Shown here piece after piece: positions 25,770 to 36,357 of a stretch of 64,000 nt of DNA (position 1 is its first letter; every line of letters starts with the position of its first letter). A program made the position numbers and the translations under genes. Origin of the DNA: Acidimicrobiia bacterium (GTDB lineage Bacteria > Actinomycetota > Acidimicrobiia > Spongiisociales > ZC4RG35); NCBI GenBank assembly GCA_040880765.1, contig JBBDHT010000067.1:8141-72140 (forward strand), in the 5' to 3' direction. Under the pieces are notes generated by a model. That model saw only the letters and a list, made by a program, of their open reading frames with translations, had not been told where the DNA came from and ran no database searches.

Positions 25770-26942
25770 TCACTCTGACGTTTCCTGCCAGTCGAGAAGA
25801 CGCGCCGGTTCGACAACAGCGGAACCGAATCGGTCCTCCATTTCTCCAACGACCCGGGACACCCGGCTCCAGGGGTCTTCCTCCTCGAGCAGAAGCTGGC
25901 GGCCATCGTTGGTCTCCTCGAACGAAGACCCCGCCAGGCCGAGAAGGCGGACCGGCCGATCTGCCGGCACATCGGACAACATCTCTTTTGCCAGCCGGAA
26001 GATGTCGCGTGAACTGTCGACTCCACTGGTTGCAGTCCGGGACCTGCTCACGGTAGTGAAGTCGTCGTAGCGCACCTTTAGTGAAATCGTGCGAGGGCGG
26101 AGTGCTGCGCTTCGCAAGCGCATCGCGAGACGCTGGGAATGGGCCATGAGAGCTGACTCCACCAGGGCCCTTCCCTCGAGGTCCTGGCCGTATGTTTCCT
26201 CAACCGAAACCTGCTTGGTCGTCGACTGTGGCTCGACCCGCCGCGGGTCCACCCCTCTCGCCAGTGCATAAAGATGGGCTCCCTGAGATCGCCCCAGCAC
26301 CGAGGACAACGTTGATTCGGGCAATGCCGCCAGGTCGCCGACCGTGGCGATCCCCAGTTTCTTCAAACCGGCAAGTGTGGCCGGGCCTACACCCCAGAGC
26401 TCCTCAACCGGCAACGCAAGGAGGAACTCATCCTGTCGTTCGGACTCGATGAGTCTCAGCCCCTCGGGTTTCGCCGCCTTCGAAGCCAGTTTGGCGACGA
26501 ATTTCGTGGAAGCGATGCCGACTGAACAAGGAAGACCGGCAACGGATCTGACCTTTGCCTGTATCGCGTGGCCGACCTCCACCGGGGATCCGTAGTGATG
26601 CCGCAACCCGACGATATCGAGGAATGCCTCATCCAGGCTCAGCCCCTCGACTCTGGGCGTGAAGGAGTGGAACACCTCGAAGACCTTGGCGGAAACGTCT
26701 CCATAGGTTCGGTGTGAAGGCGAGACAACAACCAGTTCGGGACAGAGGCGGCGGGCCACCGCCGTAGGTTGGGCGGATTTGACTCCGAACCGCCTTGCTT
26801 CATAGGAGGCGCTGGCAATCACACCGCGACCGCCCGTTCCCCCTACGGCGACCGGGCGATTGCGAAGATCTTCTCGCGACAGCCTTTCCACTTCAACGAA
26901 GAAGGAGTCCATGTCGACATGGAGGATGGTTTCGGACCACAT
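25770..26942 (-). CDS. dinB: DNA polymerase IV (Y-family, DinB)
   Basis: ILHVDMDSFFVEVE catalytic N-terminus and HhH motifs. Start placed at MWSETILHVDMD; the longer track ORF (to 27161) would overlap the divergent phosphatase gene by 165 nt. Confidence 0.85.
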   Translation of the reverse strand: MWSETILHVDMDSFFVEVERLSREDLRNRPVAVGGTGGRGVIASASYEARRFGVKSAQPTAVARRLCPELVVVSPSHRTYGDVSAKVFEVFHSFTPRVEGLSLDEAFLDIVGLRHHYGSPVEVGHAIQAKVRSVAGLPCSVGIASTKFVAKLASKAAKPEGLRLIESERQDEFLLALPVEELWGVGPATLAGLKKLGIATVGDLAALPESTLSSVLGRSQGAHLYALARGVDPRRVEPQSTTKQVSVEETYGQDLEGRALVESALMAHSQRLAMRLRSAALRPRTISLKVRYDDFTTVSRSRTATSGVDSSRDIFRLAKEMLSDVPADRPVRLLGLAGSSFEETNDGRQLLLEEEDPWSRVSRVVGEMEDRFGSAVVEPARLLDWQETSE

Positions 26943-26995
26943 GTATAACCGAAGATACCTGACGTAGCTGACTGGACGGGCCAAACTACCGGCCA

Positions 26996-27670
26996 ATGTC
27001 AGCACTAGTTCACCTCGTCCGGCACGGAGAAGTCTCCAACCCGGACAACATCGTCTATGGCTCCCTGCCCAACTTCGGCCTATCCACCCTCGGGGTCGAA
27101 CAGGCCCGGAAGGTCGGACGCTACCTCGGACCGCGAGCGGTGGTTGCCATCTGGTCATCACCGTTGGAGCGTTCGCTGCGGACAGCCGAAGAGATCGCCG
27201 CCCGCTCCGGCGTTCCGGTTCGCGTCGACGCCGACCTCACCGAATGGAACACGATCGACCGCTGGCGGGGCCATTCGTGGCAGGAGATCCCCACCGGGTT
27301 TCCCGGAGAGCTCGAGGCGTATCTGGAGCACCCAGAGGCGCTCGACTTCGCCGACGAGTCCCTCACGGAGCTCGCCGAGAGGATGGCGGAAGTCGCCCGT
27401 CGCCTCGACCGGGAACACCCTCATGGCGATGTGGTGATCGTCTCCCACCAGGACCCGATCCAGGCCGCCCGGCTCCGGCTCATCGGCTCTCCCCTTTCCA
27501 ACCTCCACGAGGACAAGCCGGCGCACGGAGCGGTAGTGACACTTCGACCCGGGACCACCTGGGTGGAACAGACGATGTGGAGCCCCGGAGACACCCCCGG
27601 GTTCGGCGAGCATGCCGATCTCAGGGCAGTAACCAATCAGGACGGGCCTGACGAACCAACTTCGGCTTGA
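26996..27670 (+). CDS. Histidine phosphatase family protein (phosphoglycerate mutase-like)
   Basis: LVRHGE catalytic motif at the N-terminus. Confidence 0.8.
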   Translation: MSALVHLVRHGEVSNPDNIVYGSLPNFGLSTLGVEQARKVGRYLGPRAVVAIWSSPLERSLRTAEEIAARSGVPVRVDADLTEWNTIDRWRGHSWQEIPTGFPGELEAYLEHPEALDFADESLTELAERMAEVARRLDREHPHGDVVIVSHQDPIQAARLRLIGSPLSNLHEDKPAHGAVVTLRPGTTWVEQTMWSPGDTPGFGEHADLRAVTNQDGPDEPTSA

Positions 27671-27695
27671 CCTTGCCGACTGCGACAATGACGTC

Positions 27696-28436
27696 GTGAA
27701 ACCGACCCTTATCGCTGCGACGCCGATGGCGGCAGTGTTGGTATGGCTGGCCGCGATCATGATCGAACCCGGTCGGTTCGACCCGACATCGGTCCTCCTG
27801 ACCGGTCTCGGGTGGCTGCTTCTCTCCACCGTAGGGACCGTCGGGTTGGTGCTGGTCGGCGGGCGTTGGGCCTTGAACACACTTCTGGTCGTGCTGGGGA
27901 CGACCTTCTGGGTGGCCAGCATTTCCCCATTGAGCGCATGGAGCGTCACCGGACTCGGCGTCTCGGCAGTGGGGCTTGTCTTGCTGCTATCCCCCCAGCA
28001 ACGCCGAATGGTCAGAAAACTGCCTTCCGCCGGTGGGCCGCCGCCCCGATCGGTCTTTGTCACTCTGGCCGCACTCGGTTATCCGCTGGCATTGGGCCTG
28101 GTACCTGCCGAAGCCAACTCCTGGGTTCTGGTCACGGCCGCCTGCGGGCCGCTCACGGCACTCCTCTACAGCCGCACGGTGCCCGGCGGACTGGCCGCGA
28201 TGCGGTTCGGTCTGATGAGCGCAACCCTGGCTACGGCCTTGTTGATGCCGCTCCCCCATTCGATCACCGCACTGGTGCTCTCGGTGGCAATAACCGCAGC
28301 TGCCTGGTCGACCGACGTCGCCATCGCTTTCCGCCCGCTGATCGAGAAGGGGAGCACCTACGCGATCCCGCCTGAACTGGCACCAAAAGAGATCCTCGAC
28401 GGCGCTGGCATCGACGAGAAGGGGCAGACTCTGTGA
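27696..28436 (+). CDS. Hypothetical polytopic membrane protein
   Basis: 246 aa with at least 6 hydrophobic helices, coding-like GC3, no known motif. Confidence 0.5.
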   Translation: MKPTLIAATPMAAVLVWLAAIMIEPGRFDPTSVLLTGLGWLLLSTVGTVGLVLVGGRWALNTLLVVLGTTFWVASISPLSAWSVTGLGVSAVGLVLLLSPQQRRMVRKLPSAGGPPPRSVFVTLAALGYPLALGLVPAEANSWVLVTAACGPLTALLYSRTVPGGLAAMRFGLMSATLATALLMPLPHSITALVLSVAITAAAWSTDVAIAFRPLIEKGSTYAIPPELAPKEILDGAGIDEKGQTL

Positions 28437-28717
28437 AGCGAAGGCCGAACCTCTGGATCACGATCCCCTCCCTGACGGTCGGTCTGCTTGCGGGCCTCCT
28501 CGGGTGGTTCGTCACCGATCTGAGCTGCACCACATCCGATCCGCCGGGAGCGGTGACTCACTGCTACGGGTGGTCTGCAGCGATGGCTGCAGGCTCGTTC
28601 CTGGTGGTCACAGCCGGGATGATGCTGGTTCTGGTACTCATCTACCGCAGCCTCGGCGAATGGCAGGAGGCGCGCACCAGGAACGAAAATCCTCCCGGCC
28701 CCGGTTGCGAGATTTAG
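28433..28717 (+). CDS. Hypothetical small membrane protein (2 TM, 3 Cys)
   Basis: ATGA coupled to the upstream membrane protein gene. Confidence 0.4.
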   Translation: MKRRPNLWITIPSLTVGLLAGLLGWFVTDLSCTTSDPPGAVTHCYGWSAAMAAGSFLVVTAGMMLVLVLIYRSLGEWQEARTRNENPPGPGCEI

Positions 28718-28731
28718 TGCCCTTGCCAGTG

Positions 28732-28977
28732 CTACGAGTTGAGCTTGGCGTGGACCAGGTCGACCGCCTGGCCGACGGTCATGATCGACTCGGCTTCCTC
28801 ATCGGGAATTTTCACACCGAACTCGTCTTCTAGAGCCATCAGCAGTTCGACCACTCCAAGGCTGTCAACATCGAGGTCCTCCTCGAAGTGGGCATCATCG
28901 TTGATCTTGTCCGCATCGAGGCCTAGCTCGGATACGAGCACGCCGCTCAGCTTCTCCGATACTTCATTTCTGTCCAT
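28732..28977 (-). CDS. acpP: Acyl carrier protein
   Basis: DLDVDSLGVVELLMALEDEFG phosphopantetheine-attachment motif (DSL). Confidence 0.9.
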   Translation of the reverse strand: MDRNEVSEKLSGVLVSELGLDADKINDDAHFEEDLDVDSLGVVELLMALEDEFGVKIPDEEAESIMTVGQAVDLVHAKLNS

Positions 28978-29010
28978 TTGGTTTTCTCCTATCTATGAGT
29001 TGGGAAGAAC

Positions 29011-29757
29011 TTAGAGGGTTATCCCGCCGTCCACCGCCAAAACCTGGCCTGTTATGTAGCTGCTTGCCTCCGAGGCAAGAAATCCAACCGCCGCGGCCAC
29101 CTCCTCCGGCTGGCCGAAGCGACCCAGCGAAATCGCAGCTGACGCCGCCTCCTTGACGCTGTCACCGAGCGACTCGGTCATGTCGGTTTCGATGTAACCG
29201 GGCGCGATGACATTTGCCGTGATGCCGCGGGACCCGACTTCTTTGGCGATGGACTTGGAGAAGGCGATCATCCCCGCCTTGGAAGCGGCGTAGTTGGCCT
29301 GGCCGGCGTTGCCGGAGATCCCCGCCACCGACGCAATCGAGATGATCCGGCCCCACCTCGCTTTGAGCATCCCGCGCAGGGAGGCCTTGGTGCAAAGGAA
29401 GGCAGAGCGAAGGTTGGTCTGGATCACCGAGTCGAAATCTTCCGGGCTCATCCGGAGCAGGAGATTGTCTCTCGTGATTCCGGCGTTGTTGACAAGGACG
29501 TCAACCGAGCCGAGCTCAGTGCTGATCAGTTCGAACAACCTGTCCACCTGGTCGGAGTCGGAAACATCGCCCTTCGCCACAATTGCCCGGCCTCCGGCCA
29601 ACTCGATCTCCGTGACCACATCGGCCGCAGCCGACGCATTCGCCGAGTAGTTGACGACGACTGCGAGCCCGTCGGCGCCGAGTCGGAGCGCGATCGCCCT
29701 TCCTATTCCTCTCGAGCCGCCTGTGACCAGGGCGACCCGGGTATTCGGGCCGGTCAA
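29011..29757 (-). CDS. fabG: 3-oxoacyl-[ACP] reductase FabG (SDR)
   Basis: [11 protein letters not shown](P)-binding motif, catalytic Y-x3-K and the typical FabG length. Confidence 0.9.
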   Translation of the reverse strand: MTGPNTRVALVTGGSRGIGRAIALRLGADGLAVVVNYSANASAAADVVTEIELAGGRAIVAKGDVSDSDQVDRLFELISTELGSVDVLVNNAGITRDNLLLRMSPEDFDSVIQTNLRSAFLCTKASLRGMLKARWGRIISIASVAGISGNAGQANYAASKAGMIAFSKSIAKEVGSRGITANVIAPGYIETDMTESLGDSVKEAASAAISLGRFGQPEEVAAAVGFLASEASSYITGQVLAVDGGITL

Positions 29758-30836
29758 GCCAACTTCTCCGGCACCCCGAAGAAGTCGAAATTCGACTGGA
29801 GGATCTCGAGAGTGCTGTGGTCCGCTGGAGGCAACTCGGCGTCGCTCTCCGCGAGAGGCTCCACCCGATCACCCCAACGAACGATGGCCGAGCCCCAGGT
29901 GAGGCCACCACCGAATGCGGTGAAGGCGACGATGGATCCCTGCCTGATCAGACCCTGTTCCAGAGCCTCGGTGAGGGCGACCGGGATGGTCGCTGCCGAG
30001 GTGTTTCCGTACGATTGGATGTTCACGAACACCTTGCTCGTGTCGACCCCTAGCCTCCGCGCTGTCGCATCGATGATCCGCGCGTTTGCCTGATGCGGGA
30101 TGAGAATGTCGACATCCTCCAGGCCAAGTCCCGACTTCTCCAGGGCCTGCAGCGAGCTTTCCGCCATCTTGGTGACGGCTCTGCGGAAGACCTCCTGGCC
30201 GTCCATGTTGATGGCGCACTGGTCCGCGGGCCGTGGGTCCCAGCCGCCCTGGGTGCCGTCGGCAGGCACCTCCAGGAATTTTCCCGCCGACCCGTCGATG
30301 CCCAACTCGGAGCCGAGCACCCCGACGTCGTCGGCCGAAGGCTCGAGAACCACCGCCCCGGCACCGTCTCCAAAAAGAACACAAGTGGTCCTGTCGGTGA
30401 AATTCATCAGGTGGTGCAGCTTCTCGGTGCCGACGAGGAGGACGGTCTTGTTGGTCCCGCCCCGGACCATGTTCGCCCCGGTCACCAGGCCGTAGACAAA
30501 GCCCGAACAGGCCGCATTCAGATCCATCGCGGCAGCGTTGACCGCTCCGATCTTCTCCTGGACACGGGAGGCGGTCGAGGGAATTATCGAGTCGCCGGAA
30601 CAGGTCGCCACCAGAAGCAGATCGACCTCCTCCACCGACTTCCCCGCTGCAGCGAGGGCACGCAGACATGCGACGGCGGCCAGGTCGGATGCTTCGACAT
30701 GAGAGATCCGCCGCTCCTTGATGCCGGTCCGGGTCGTGATCCAGTCGTCGTTGGTGTCAACGATCTGTTCCAGATCGCTATTGGTGAGGACATTGGGGGG
30801 CATGCACTTGCCCCACCCCGTTATCTCAGCATTCAT
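29754..30836 (-). CDS. fabH: Beta-ketoacyl-[ACP] synthase III FabH
   Basis: Active-site Cys (NAACSGF) and His/Asn, about 30-aa C-terminal extension. ATGA overlap with fabG. Confidence 0.9.
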   Translation of the reverse strand: MNAEITGWGKCMPPNVLTNSDLEQIVDTNDDWITTRTGIKERRISHVEASDLAAVACLRALAAAGKSVEEVDLLLVATCSGDSIIPSTASRVQEKIGAVNAAAMDLNAACSGFVYGLVTGANMVRGGTNKTVLLVGTEKLHHLMNFTDRTTCVLFGDGAGAVVLEPSADDVGVLGSELGIDGSAGKFLEVPADGTQGGWDPRPADQCAINMDGQEVFRRAVTKMAESSLQALEKSGLGLEDVDILIPHQANARIIDATARRLGVDTSKVFVNIQSYGNTSAATIPVALTEALEQGLIRQGSIVAFTAFGGGLTWGSAIVRWGDRVEPLAESDAELPPADHSTLEILQSNFDFFGVPEKLA

Positions 30837-31807
30837 GATTCACTCCCGACAATCGTACTCAGAGACTCAACCGCTGAATCGATGTCATCCAGTGATGACA
30901 CGGTAAACACCTTCGCCTCTGGAATTGTCCGTTTCGCCAACCCGGCGGTCACATCACCGGGGCCGATGTGGACGAAGGTGTTGATCCCCGAATCGGCTGC
31001 GGCGCGCAGCGATCGCTCGAATTGGACTGTCGATGTCACCTGTTCGACGAGTTTCGCCGCAATCGAATCGCGCTCGTGAGGCACTGCGGACACGTTGGAG
31101 ATCACCTCGAAATCGGGCGTGTCGAACCGGACCTCGTCTATTACGGCGGACAGCTGCTCGGCAGCAGGCTGCATGAACGACGAGTGGAAAGCCCCCGCAA
31201 CCTTGAGCGGAATCACCCGCCTGACCCCGAGATTCTTCCCGTTCGCCTCCAGCCAATCGAGATCGGCCTCACTTCCGGCGACGACGACCTGTCCCGGTGC
31301 GTTGAGATTCGCCAGCTGGAGCTTTCCTCCCCCAGCCTTCCGTTCTTCCACGATTCTCTCTGCGAGCTGTTCGTCCGCCCCGATGAGGGCGGCCATTCCC
31401 GACCGCTCGATGCCAGCCGCCCGGGCCATGTGTTTGCCCCGTTCAGCCACCAGCCGTAAGCCTTCGCTGAAGTTCATCGCCCCGGCAGCGGCGAGGGCGG
31501 TGTATTCACCCAGTGAGTGCCCTGCCGCAGCAGCGGGGCTCACTCCCACCATCTCCCGGAAGGACACCCACAACGCATAGGAGACGGCGAAGAGAGCGGG
31601 TTGGGCGTATTCGGTGCGGGTCAGCTCTTCCAGCGGGCCATCGAGGCACATCGACCGCAATGACCAACCAAGCAAGGAATCGGCGGTATCACCAAGAATG
31701 TCCTGATGCTTTGCGAAGACGTCGGCTCCCATGCCGACGGTCTGGCTGCCCTGGCCGGGAAACAAAATGGCGTAATTCACTGGGAGTTCGACCTCCTCGG
31801 CGACCAA
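30833..31807 (-). CDS. fabD: Malonyl-CoA:ACP transacylase FabD
   Basis: FPGQGSQ and GHSLGE active-site motifs. ATGA overlap with fabH. Confidence 0.9.
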   Translation of the reverse strand: MVAEEVELPVNYAILFPGQGSQTVGMGADVFAKHQDILGDTADSLLGWSLRSMCLDGPLEELTRTEYAQPALFAVSYALWVSFREMVGVSPAAAAGHSLGEYTALAAAGAMNFSEGLRLVAERGKHMARAAGIERSGMAALIGADEQLAERIVEERKAGGGKLQLANLNAPGQVVVAGSEADLDWLEANGKNLGVRRVIPLKVAGAFHSSFMQPAAEQLSAVIDEVRFDTPDFEVISNVSAVPHERDSIAAKLVEQVTSTVQFERSLRAAADSGINTFVHIGPGDVTAGLAKRTIPEAKVFTVSSLDDIDSAVESLSTIVGSES

Positions 31808-31811
31808 ACGG

Positions 31812-32837
31812 TTACGAGAGGGCCGCGAATAGACGGTCGACGTCCGCTCGGTCGACGTCGCGGTGGGTGACGAGTCTCCATCCCCCGAGAATCGGCGGAT
31901 TCACCTTGATCCGGCTGGATTTCAGCCGTTCGCTGATTTCGGCCCAGGGCATGCCAAAGGCTCCGGTGTCGGCCCGGACCATGTTCGTCTCCACGTCGTC
32001 GGTGTTCACTGACCCCGGAAACCTCTCAGCGAGCCCGTTAGCCATGTACCCGGCAAGCTCGTGGTCTTCGGCGAGACGCTCCCTTTCGGCAAGGGCTACC
32101 CGGGCAGCGGCTGCGATCACGCCGGCCTGGCGCATACCCCCGCCGAGGCGCTTCCGCAGGTATCGGATCTCGGCGATCGAATCCCGGGGACCGCACACGA
32201 TTGAGCCCACCGGTGCGCCCAGCCCTTTGGAAAAGCAGAACTGGATAGTGTCTGCGTGTTTCGACCAAGACGCGGCGCCAATGCCGGTGGCGGTGACCGC
32301 GTTGAAGATTCGGGCTCCGTCGATATGGACTTTGAGCCCTCTGGATGCTGCAGCCGCCGAGGTCTTTTCGAATATCTCGTAGGGGATGACCCGCCCGCCG
32401 GAGAGGTTGTGAGTGTTTTCCCAGACCATCAAGCCGATCCGGGGAAAGAAACCAACGGCATCCATTGCCTTGTCGACGTCTTCGGGCATGATCTGGCCGT
32501 TGGGGTTGGCTACGGTCCGGAACCCGACTCCGGAGAGCGCCTGGGGAGCGCCACCCTCGATGCTTCTGACGTGGCTTGCCTCATTGGCGAGGACTTCCTC
32601 ACCAGGGTTGGTGTGGAGCATGATCGCAAGCTGGTTTCCCATCGTCCCTGTGGGGACATAGATGGCGGCTTCTTTCCCTGTCACCTCGGCCGACTCCTCC
32701 TCGAGAAGGTTCACGGTTGGATCATCGTGGTAGACGTCGTCTCCGACGGGAGCGTCGGCGATGGCTGCGAGCATGGCGGGGGTGGGCCGGGTGACTGTGT
32801 CGGATCTGAAGTCGGCGGTGCCGTCACTGAATGCCAT
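31812..32837 (-). CDS. ltaE: Low-specificity L-threonine aldolase
   Basis: MAFSDGTADFRSDTVTRPT...GDDVYHDDPTVN...GTMGNQLA pattern and PLP lysine region. The 97-codon N-terminal extension of the track ORF is Ser/Arg-rich and rejected. Confidence 0.8.
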   Translation of the reverse strand: MAFSDGTADFRSDTVTRPTPAMLAAIADAPVGDDVYHDDPTVNLLEEESAEVTGKEAAIYVPTGTMGNQLAIMLHTNPGEEVLANEASHVRSIEGGAPQALSGVGFRTVANPNGQIMPEDVDKAMDAVGFFPRIGLMVWENTHNLSGGRVIPYEIFEKTSAAAASRGLKVHIDGARIFNAVTATGIGAASWSKHADTIQFCFSKGLGAPVGSIVCGPRDSIAEIRYLRKRLGGGMRQAGVIAAAARVALAERERLAEDHELAGYMANGLAERFPGSVNTDDVETNMVRADTGAFGMPWAEISERLKSSRIKVNPPILGGWRLVTHRDVDRADVDRLFAALS

Positions 32838-32883
32838 ACGGATGAGGGTAGTTGTGATTACGGACAGGAAAGGAGGGCTGGCT

Positions 32884-34056
32884 TCACAGGCGTCCGAGTG
32901 CCTTGCCAATACGCTCGGCCGCCTCCGAGATCCGACCGATGTCCTCGACGAGGGCAAATCGGACGTGGCCCTCGCCCGCTGTCCCGAATCCGACCCCGGG
33001 ACTGACGGCGACCCCGGCCTTGTCGAGCACGTGGATGGAGAAGTCAAGCGATCCCATGTCCTGATACACCTCCGGGATCCTGGCCCAGACGAACATGGTC
33101 CCTTCCGGTGGAGGAACATCCCAGCCAATTTCGGAGAGTCCGCCGATCAGAGCGTCACGACGCTGGCGATAGGTCTCATTCACCTCTTCGACGAACGTGT
33201 CGCCTTCATTGAGCGCCGCCGCGGCAGCAACCTGGATCGGCTGAAACGTCCCGTAGTCGAGGTAGCTCTTCAATTTCGCCAGAGCAGCGACCACGTCAGG
33301 ATTGCCGGCCATGAAGCCGACCCGCCACCCTGCCATCGAGTGGCCTTTGGTCAACGAGTACAACTCGACCCCAACCTCCATCGCCCCTTCGACCTCGAGC
33401 AGCGACGGCGGGGGGTTCGGGCCGAATGAGATATCGGCATAGGCAAAGTCATGGACCAGCACCACCTCGTGCTCCCGGGCGAAGGCGACGAGTCGCTCAA
33501 AGAACCCGATGTCGACGGTCTTTGTCGTCGGGTTGTGAGGGAAGCTCACAATGATCACGCGCGGCCGCGGCCACGAGTTCTGGAACATCCGATCGACCAC
33601 CTCGAAGTAGTCCTCCTCCGAACCAATCGGAGCGATGCGAACTTCCGCGCCCGCGATCACCGGGGCGTAGATATGGATTGGATAGGAAGGGTCGGGCACA
33701 ATCGCCGCGTCACCCGGCTGAAGCAAGGTCCACATCAAATGGGAGAGTCCCTCTTTGGCGCCGATGGTGGCTATGACCTCTGTCTCAGGATCAAGCAAGA
33801 CACCAAAACGCCGCTCATAGCGCGCAGCAAGGGCGAATCTGAGATCGTCGATCCCCCGCGACAGCGAATAGCGATGATTTCCAGGGTTTGCTGCCTCCTC
33901 CCGCAGGGTGTCGACTGCGATATCGGGTGACGCGATGTCGGGGTTGCCGAATCCGAGATCGATGACATCGACGCCGGAGGCTCGGACCTCGGTCTTGCGG
34001 CGATTTACCTCCGCAAAAGCATACGGGGGAAGCGATCCGATCCGTCTGAAGTCCAT
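32884..34056 (-). CDS. Class I/II PLP-dependent aminotransferase (AlaA/AlaC-like)
   Basis: FRRIGSLPPYAFAEV N-terminus and PLP-lysine region. Confidence 0.8.
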   Translation of the reverse strand: MDFRRIGSLPPYAFAEVNRRKTEVRASGVDVIDLGFGNPDIASPDIAVDTLREEAANPGNHRYSLSRGIDDLRFALAARYERRFGVLLDPETEVIATIGAKEGLSHLMWTLLQPGDAAIVPDPSYPIHIYAPVIAGAEVRIAPIGSEEDYFEVVDRMFQNSWPRPRVIIVSFPHNPTTKTVDIGFFERLVAFAREHEVVLVHDFAYADISFGPNPPPSLLEVEGAMEVGVELYSLTKGHSMAGWRVGFMAGNPDVVAALAKLKSYLDYGTFQPIQVAAAAALNEGDTFVEEVNETYRQRRDALIGGLSEIGWDVPPPEGTMFVWARIPEVYQDMGSLDFSIHVLDKAGVAVSPGVGFGTAGEGHVRFALVEDIGRISEAAERIGKALGRL

Positions 34057-34094
34057 GGGCTGTTCAATGTAGCTCTTCGAAGAGCCAAAGCCGG

Positions 34095-34523
34095 TTACCC
34101 GTTGAGGCGATCGAAGATGCCCCGTATCTTGCCGGGCACGATGCCCCGCGCCAGGGCGAGAACGTCCTCGATGAGCTGCAAGAGGTCGACCGGCCCGTCC
34201 CAGTGCTCCTCGACGATTTCCGGGCCCGATCTGGAGATGAGGCCGTCGATGGCCATCAGCAGGAAGAGGATGTCATCGGCCCATCCGACAACAGGGATTA
34301 TGTCGGGGATCAGGTCGATAGGGCTCGCCACATAGGCGGCTGCCGCCCCTAGGGCGATCTTCGAACGCCGTGGAACTCTCGGATCGGCGAGAAGCCTGCC
34401 CACCAGCTTGACGATGTTGGGGACGATCTGGACGGCGTCCTGGATCATTCGTCGACCTTGAACGGCCGTCCCCGGCTGTACTACCTCGTCGGGACGGACC
34501 CTTTCTTGTTCGTTGTGGGTCAT
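34095..34523 (-). CDS. DUF1232 (YkvA-like) membrane protein
   Basis: IDLIPDIIPVVGWADD motif. Confidence 0.7.
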   Translation of the reverse strand: MTHNEQERVRPDEVVQPGTAVQGRRMIQDAVQIVPNIVKLVGRLLADPRVPRRSKIALGAAAAYVASPIDLIPDIIPVVGWADDILFLLMAIDGLISRSGPEIVEEHWDGPVDLLQLIEDVLALARGIVPGKIRGIFDRLNG

Positions 34524-34708
34524 TCCACTTCTATCCGTTCGGTGCCGTTGGCTGACTGTCTCTCCGTCTCATTCTCGCCCATTTTCCCCAGTTCGTCGAT
34601 TACGGCCTCCACCGCTTTTACCCCTTCGATGGCCGCCTGAATCATGTGAATCAGAGCCCGCCTGCCGGCGCGACCCAGAGTGGAGAGGATTTCATCCCTG
34701 TCTCTCAT
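34520..34708 (-). CDS. Small hypothetical protein (62 aa)
   Basis: ATGA overlaps at both ends (arsA-like stop/start and the DUF1232 start) suggest translational coupling. No known motif. Confidence 0.35.
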   Translation of the reverse strand: MRDRDEILSTLGRAGRRALIHMIQAAIEGVKAVEAVIDELGKMGENETERQSANGTERIEVE

Positions 34709-35883
34709 GAAGGGCTGTCCGGATCTGAGAAGGACACTGAGAGGCGACCGCCGTCCAGCTTCGCCCGGGTCACCTCACGACGATGGAGCGCATCGGGCAA
34801 CAAGAACGATCTCCGGTACGGGCCAAGCTGGACGTAAAGCTCGTTTCCTTTGCGATAGACGTCCAGATCTGCCTTCTCGGCGAAGGGAACGTCCAATTCC
34901 ATGGTCACCCCGCCGTCAGCGTCGACGATCCGGAAAGGGCTCGTGGCGTGGAAATCGGCTATCGGATCGGAGGCGCCGTAGAGCTCGGTCGCCAGCCTGC
35001 GGAGGCGATCGATCCCGATCATCTCGTCGTCGAAGAGACGCACCCTCAGGCGAGGAACGTCTGCAAAGGCTTCGTCGACAACATCGAGATGACCTTTCTG
35101 GATCGATCTCCACCGATCGAAGTAGGGGTCGGTCACGTCATCGGGAAGCACCCGGTTCACCACGACGCCGTCGACGCCATACCCGAATAGGCCCAGGTAG
35201 CTGTATGTGCGTCTCGCTTCGTCGATGACCATCTTCTCGGGATTGACTACGAGACGCGCTGAGGTGATCTCCGGTGAGCTCATCAGCTCTTTGACTCCTT
35301 CTATCGAGTCGAACACTGACTGCGCCGCGCCGAACACTTCGTCGCGCGGCAGTGGGAGGTCGGTGATCCGGGAGAGAAGCGGGCGAGCCGCTTTCATCAG
35401 CTTTCTCTCCGTCGGCATCACCTTCTCGAAGTACCACGAGAGAACCTCGGGAAGAGAAAGGAGCCGCAGTGTCTCCGCGGTGGGAGCGCAATCGACCACG
35501 ACAACGTCGTACACGCCCGAGCGCGCATGCTGATTGACCTCGATGAGGGCGAATAACTCATCCATCCCGGGGAAGATCAAGAACTCCTCGGACTCGATTC
35601 CACCGGCACCGCCCCAGTCGAGTACATCCATCAGCTGCCGCCGAATCGACCCCCAATACTTGTCGAGCTGGCGCTGGGTGTCGATTTGCTGTCCCTGCAG
35701 GTTGGAGGCGACGTCGGTTGGTTCGCTCCCCAGGGCGACCGTGAGGGCATCGGACAGGGAGTGAGCGGGGTCGGTGGAAGTGACCATGGTCCGATACCCG
35801 GCGTCGGCGGCTGCCAGCGCAGTGGCGGCAGCCACAGTGGTCTTCCCTACGCCCCCTTTGCCGGTAACGAGGACAATCCTCAT
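34705..35883 (-). CDS. ArsA/Get3-family ATPase with a C-terminal HSP20-like domain
   Basis: Walker A GKGGVGKTT, TSTDPAHSLSD motif and a C-terminal alpha-crystallin-like beta-rich domain of about 90 aa. Confidence 0.85.
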   Translation of the reverse strand: MRIVLVTGKGGVGKTTVAAATALAAADAGYRTMVTSTDPAHSLSDALTVALGSEPTDVASNLQGQQIDTQRQLDKYWGSIRRQLMDVLDWGGAGGIESEEFLIFPGMDELFALIEVNQHARSGVYDVVVVDCAPTAETLRLLSLPEVLSWYFEKVMPTERKLMKAARPLLSRITDLPLPRDEVFGAAQSVFDSIEGVKELMSSPEITSARLVVNPEKMVIDEARRTYSYLGLFGYGVDGVVVNRVLPDDVTDPYFDRWRSIQKGHLDVVDEAFADVPRLRVRLFDDEMIGIDRLRRLATELYGASDPIADFHATSPFRIVDADGGVTMELDVPFAEKADLDVYRKGNELYVQLGPYRRSFLLPDALHRREVTRAKLDGGRLSVSFSDPDSPS

Positions 35884-36323
35884 TCAGCGTGTGTCTCGGA
35901 TACCCTCTTCCGCAGGCCTTTCAGCGCAGTGGTCACAATCTGGCGCTCCGCTTGGCTGCGGATGAATCCAGGGATCTTGAAGTTAGGTTCGACGCTCAGC
36001 GCATAGACGACTTCGGTACCCCGTTCGGTCTCTTTAAATGTGTATGAGCCTTCCAACATCTTCACGTCGCCACTTTCCTCAGCCGCCCAGCTCAGCGAAT
36101 GGGGCCGGTCGTGGTTGTAGCGGAGGACGTATTCGATCTCTTTGATGAATCCGTCGATCACGAAACGAGCGCGTATGACATTCCCGTTGTCGTCGGTTTC
36201 GAGAACCTCGACCTCTTTGACGCCCGTGGCCCAGTCGGTGTAGCCGGCGATGTCGGCGACCGTGTCGTAGAGATCGGTTGCTGGTGCGTCTATTTCCAGG
36301 GTTTGAAAGGTGCCTTCGGTCAT
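35880..36323 (-). CDS. SRPBCC (polyketide cyclase/dehydrase-like) family protein
   Basis: 147-aa core beginning MTEGTFQTLEIDAPA. ATGA overlap with the arsA-like start. The 124-aa Ser/Arg-rich N-terminal extension of the track ORF is rejected. Confidence 0.7.
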   Translation of the reverse strand: MTEGTFQTLEIDAPATDLYDTVADIAGYTDWATGVKEVEVLETDDNGNVIRARFVIDGFIKEIEYVLRYNHDRPHSLSWAAEESGDVKMLEGSYTFKETERGTEVVYALSVEPNFKIPGFIRSQAERQIVTTALKGLRKRVSETHAE

Positions 36324-36357
36324 GTCGTCGCAGGAAAGGTTAGCCGACCGACCCGGT

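Noticed and set aside
26943-26995. LexA/Cheo SOS box or PafBC/RecA-NDp motif upstream of dinB
   Set aside because: No GAAC-N4-GTTC or TCGAAC-N4-GTTCGA palindrome and no tgtcRgtg-N8-TAnnnT motif found in the 53-bp divergent region.
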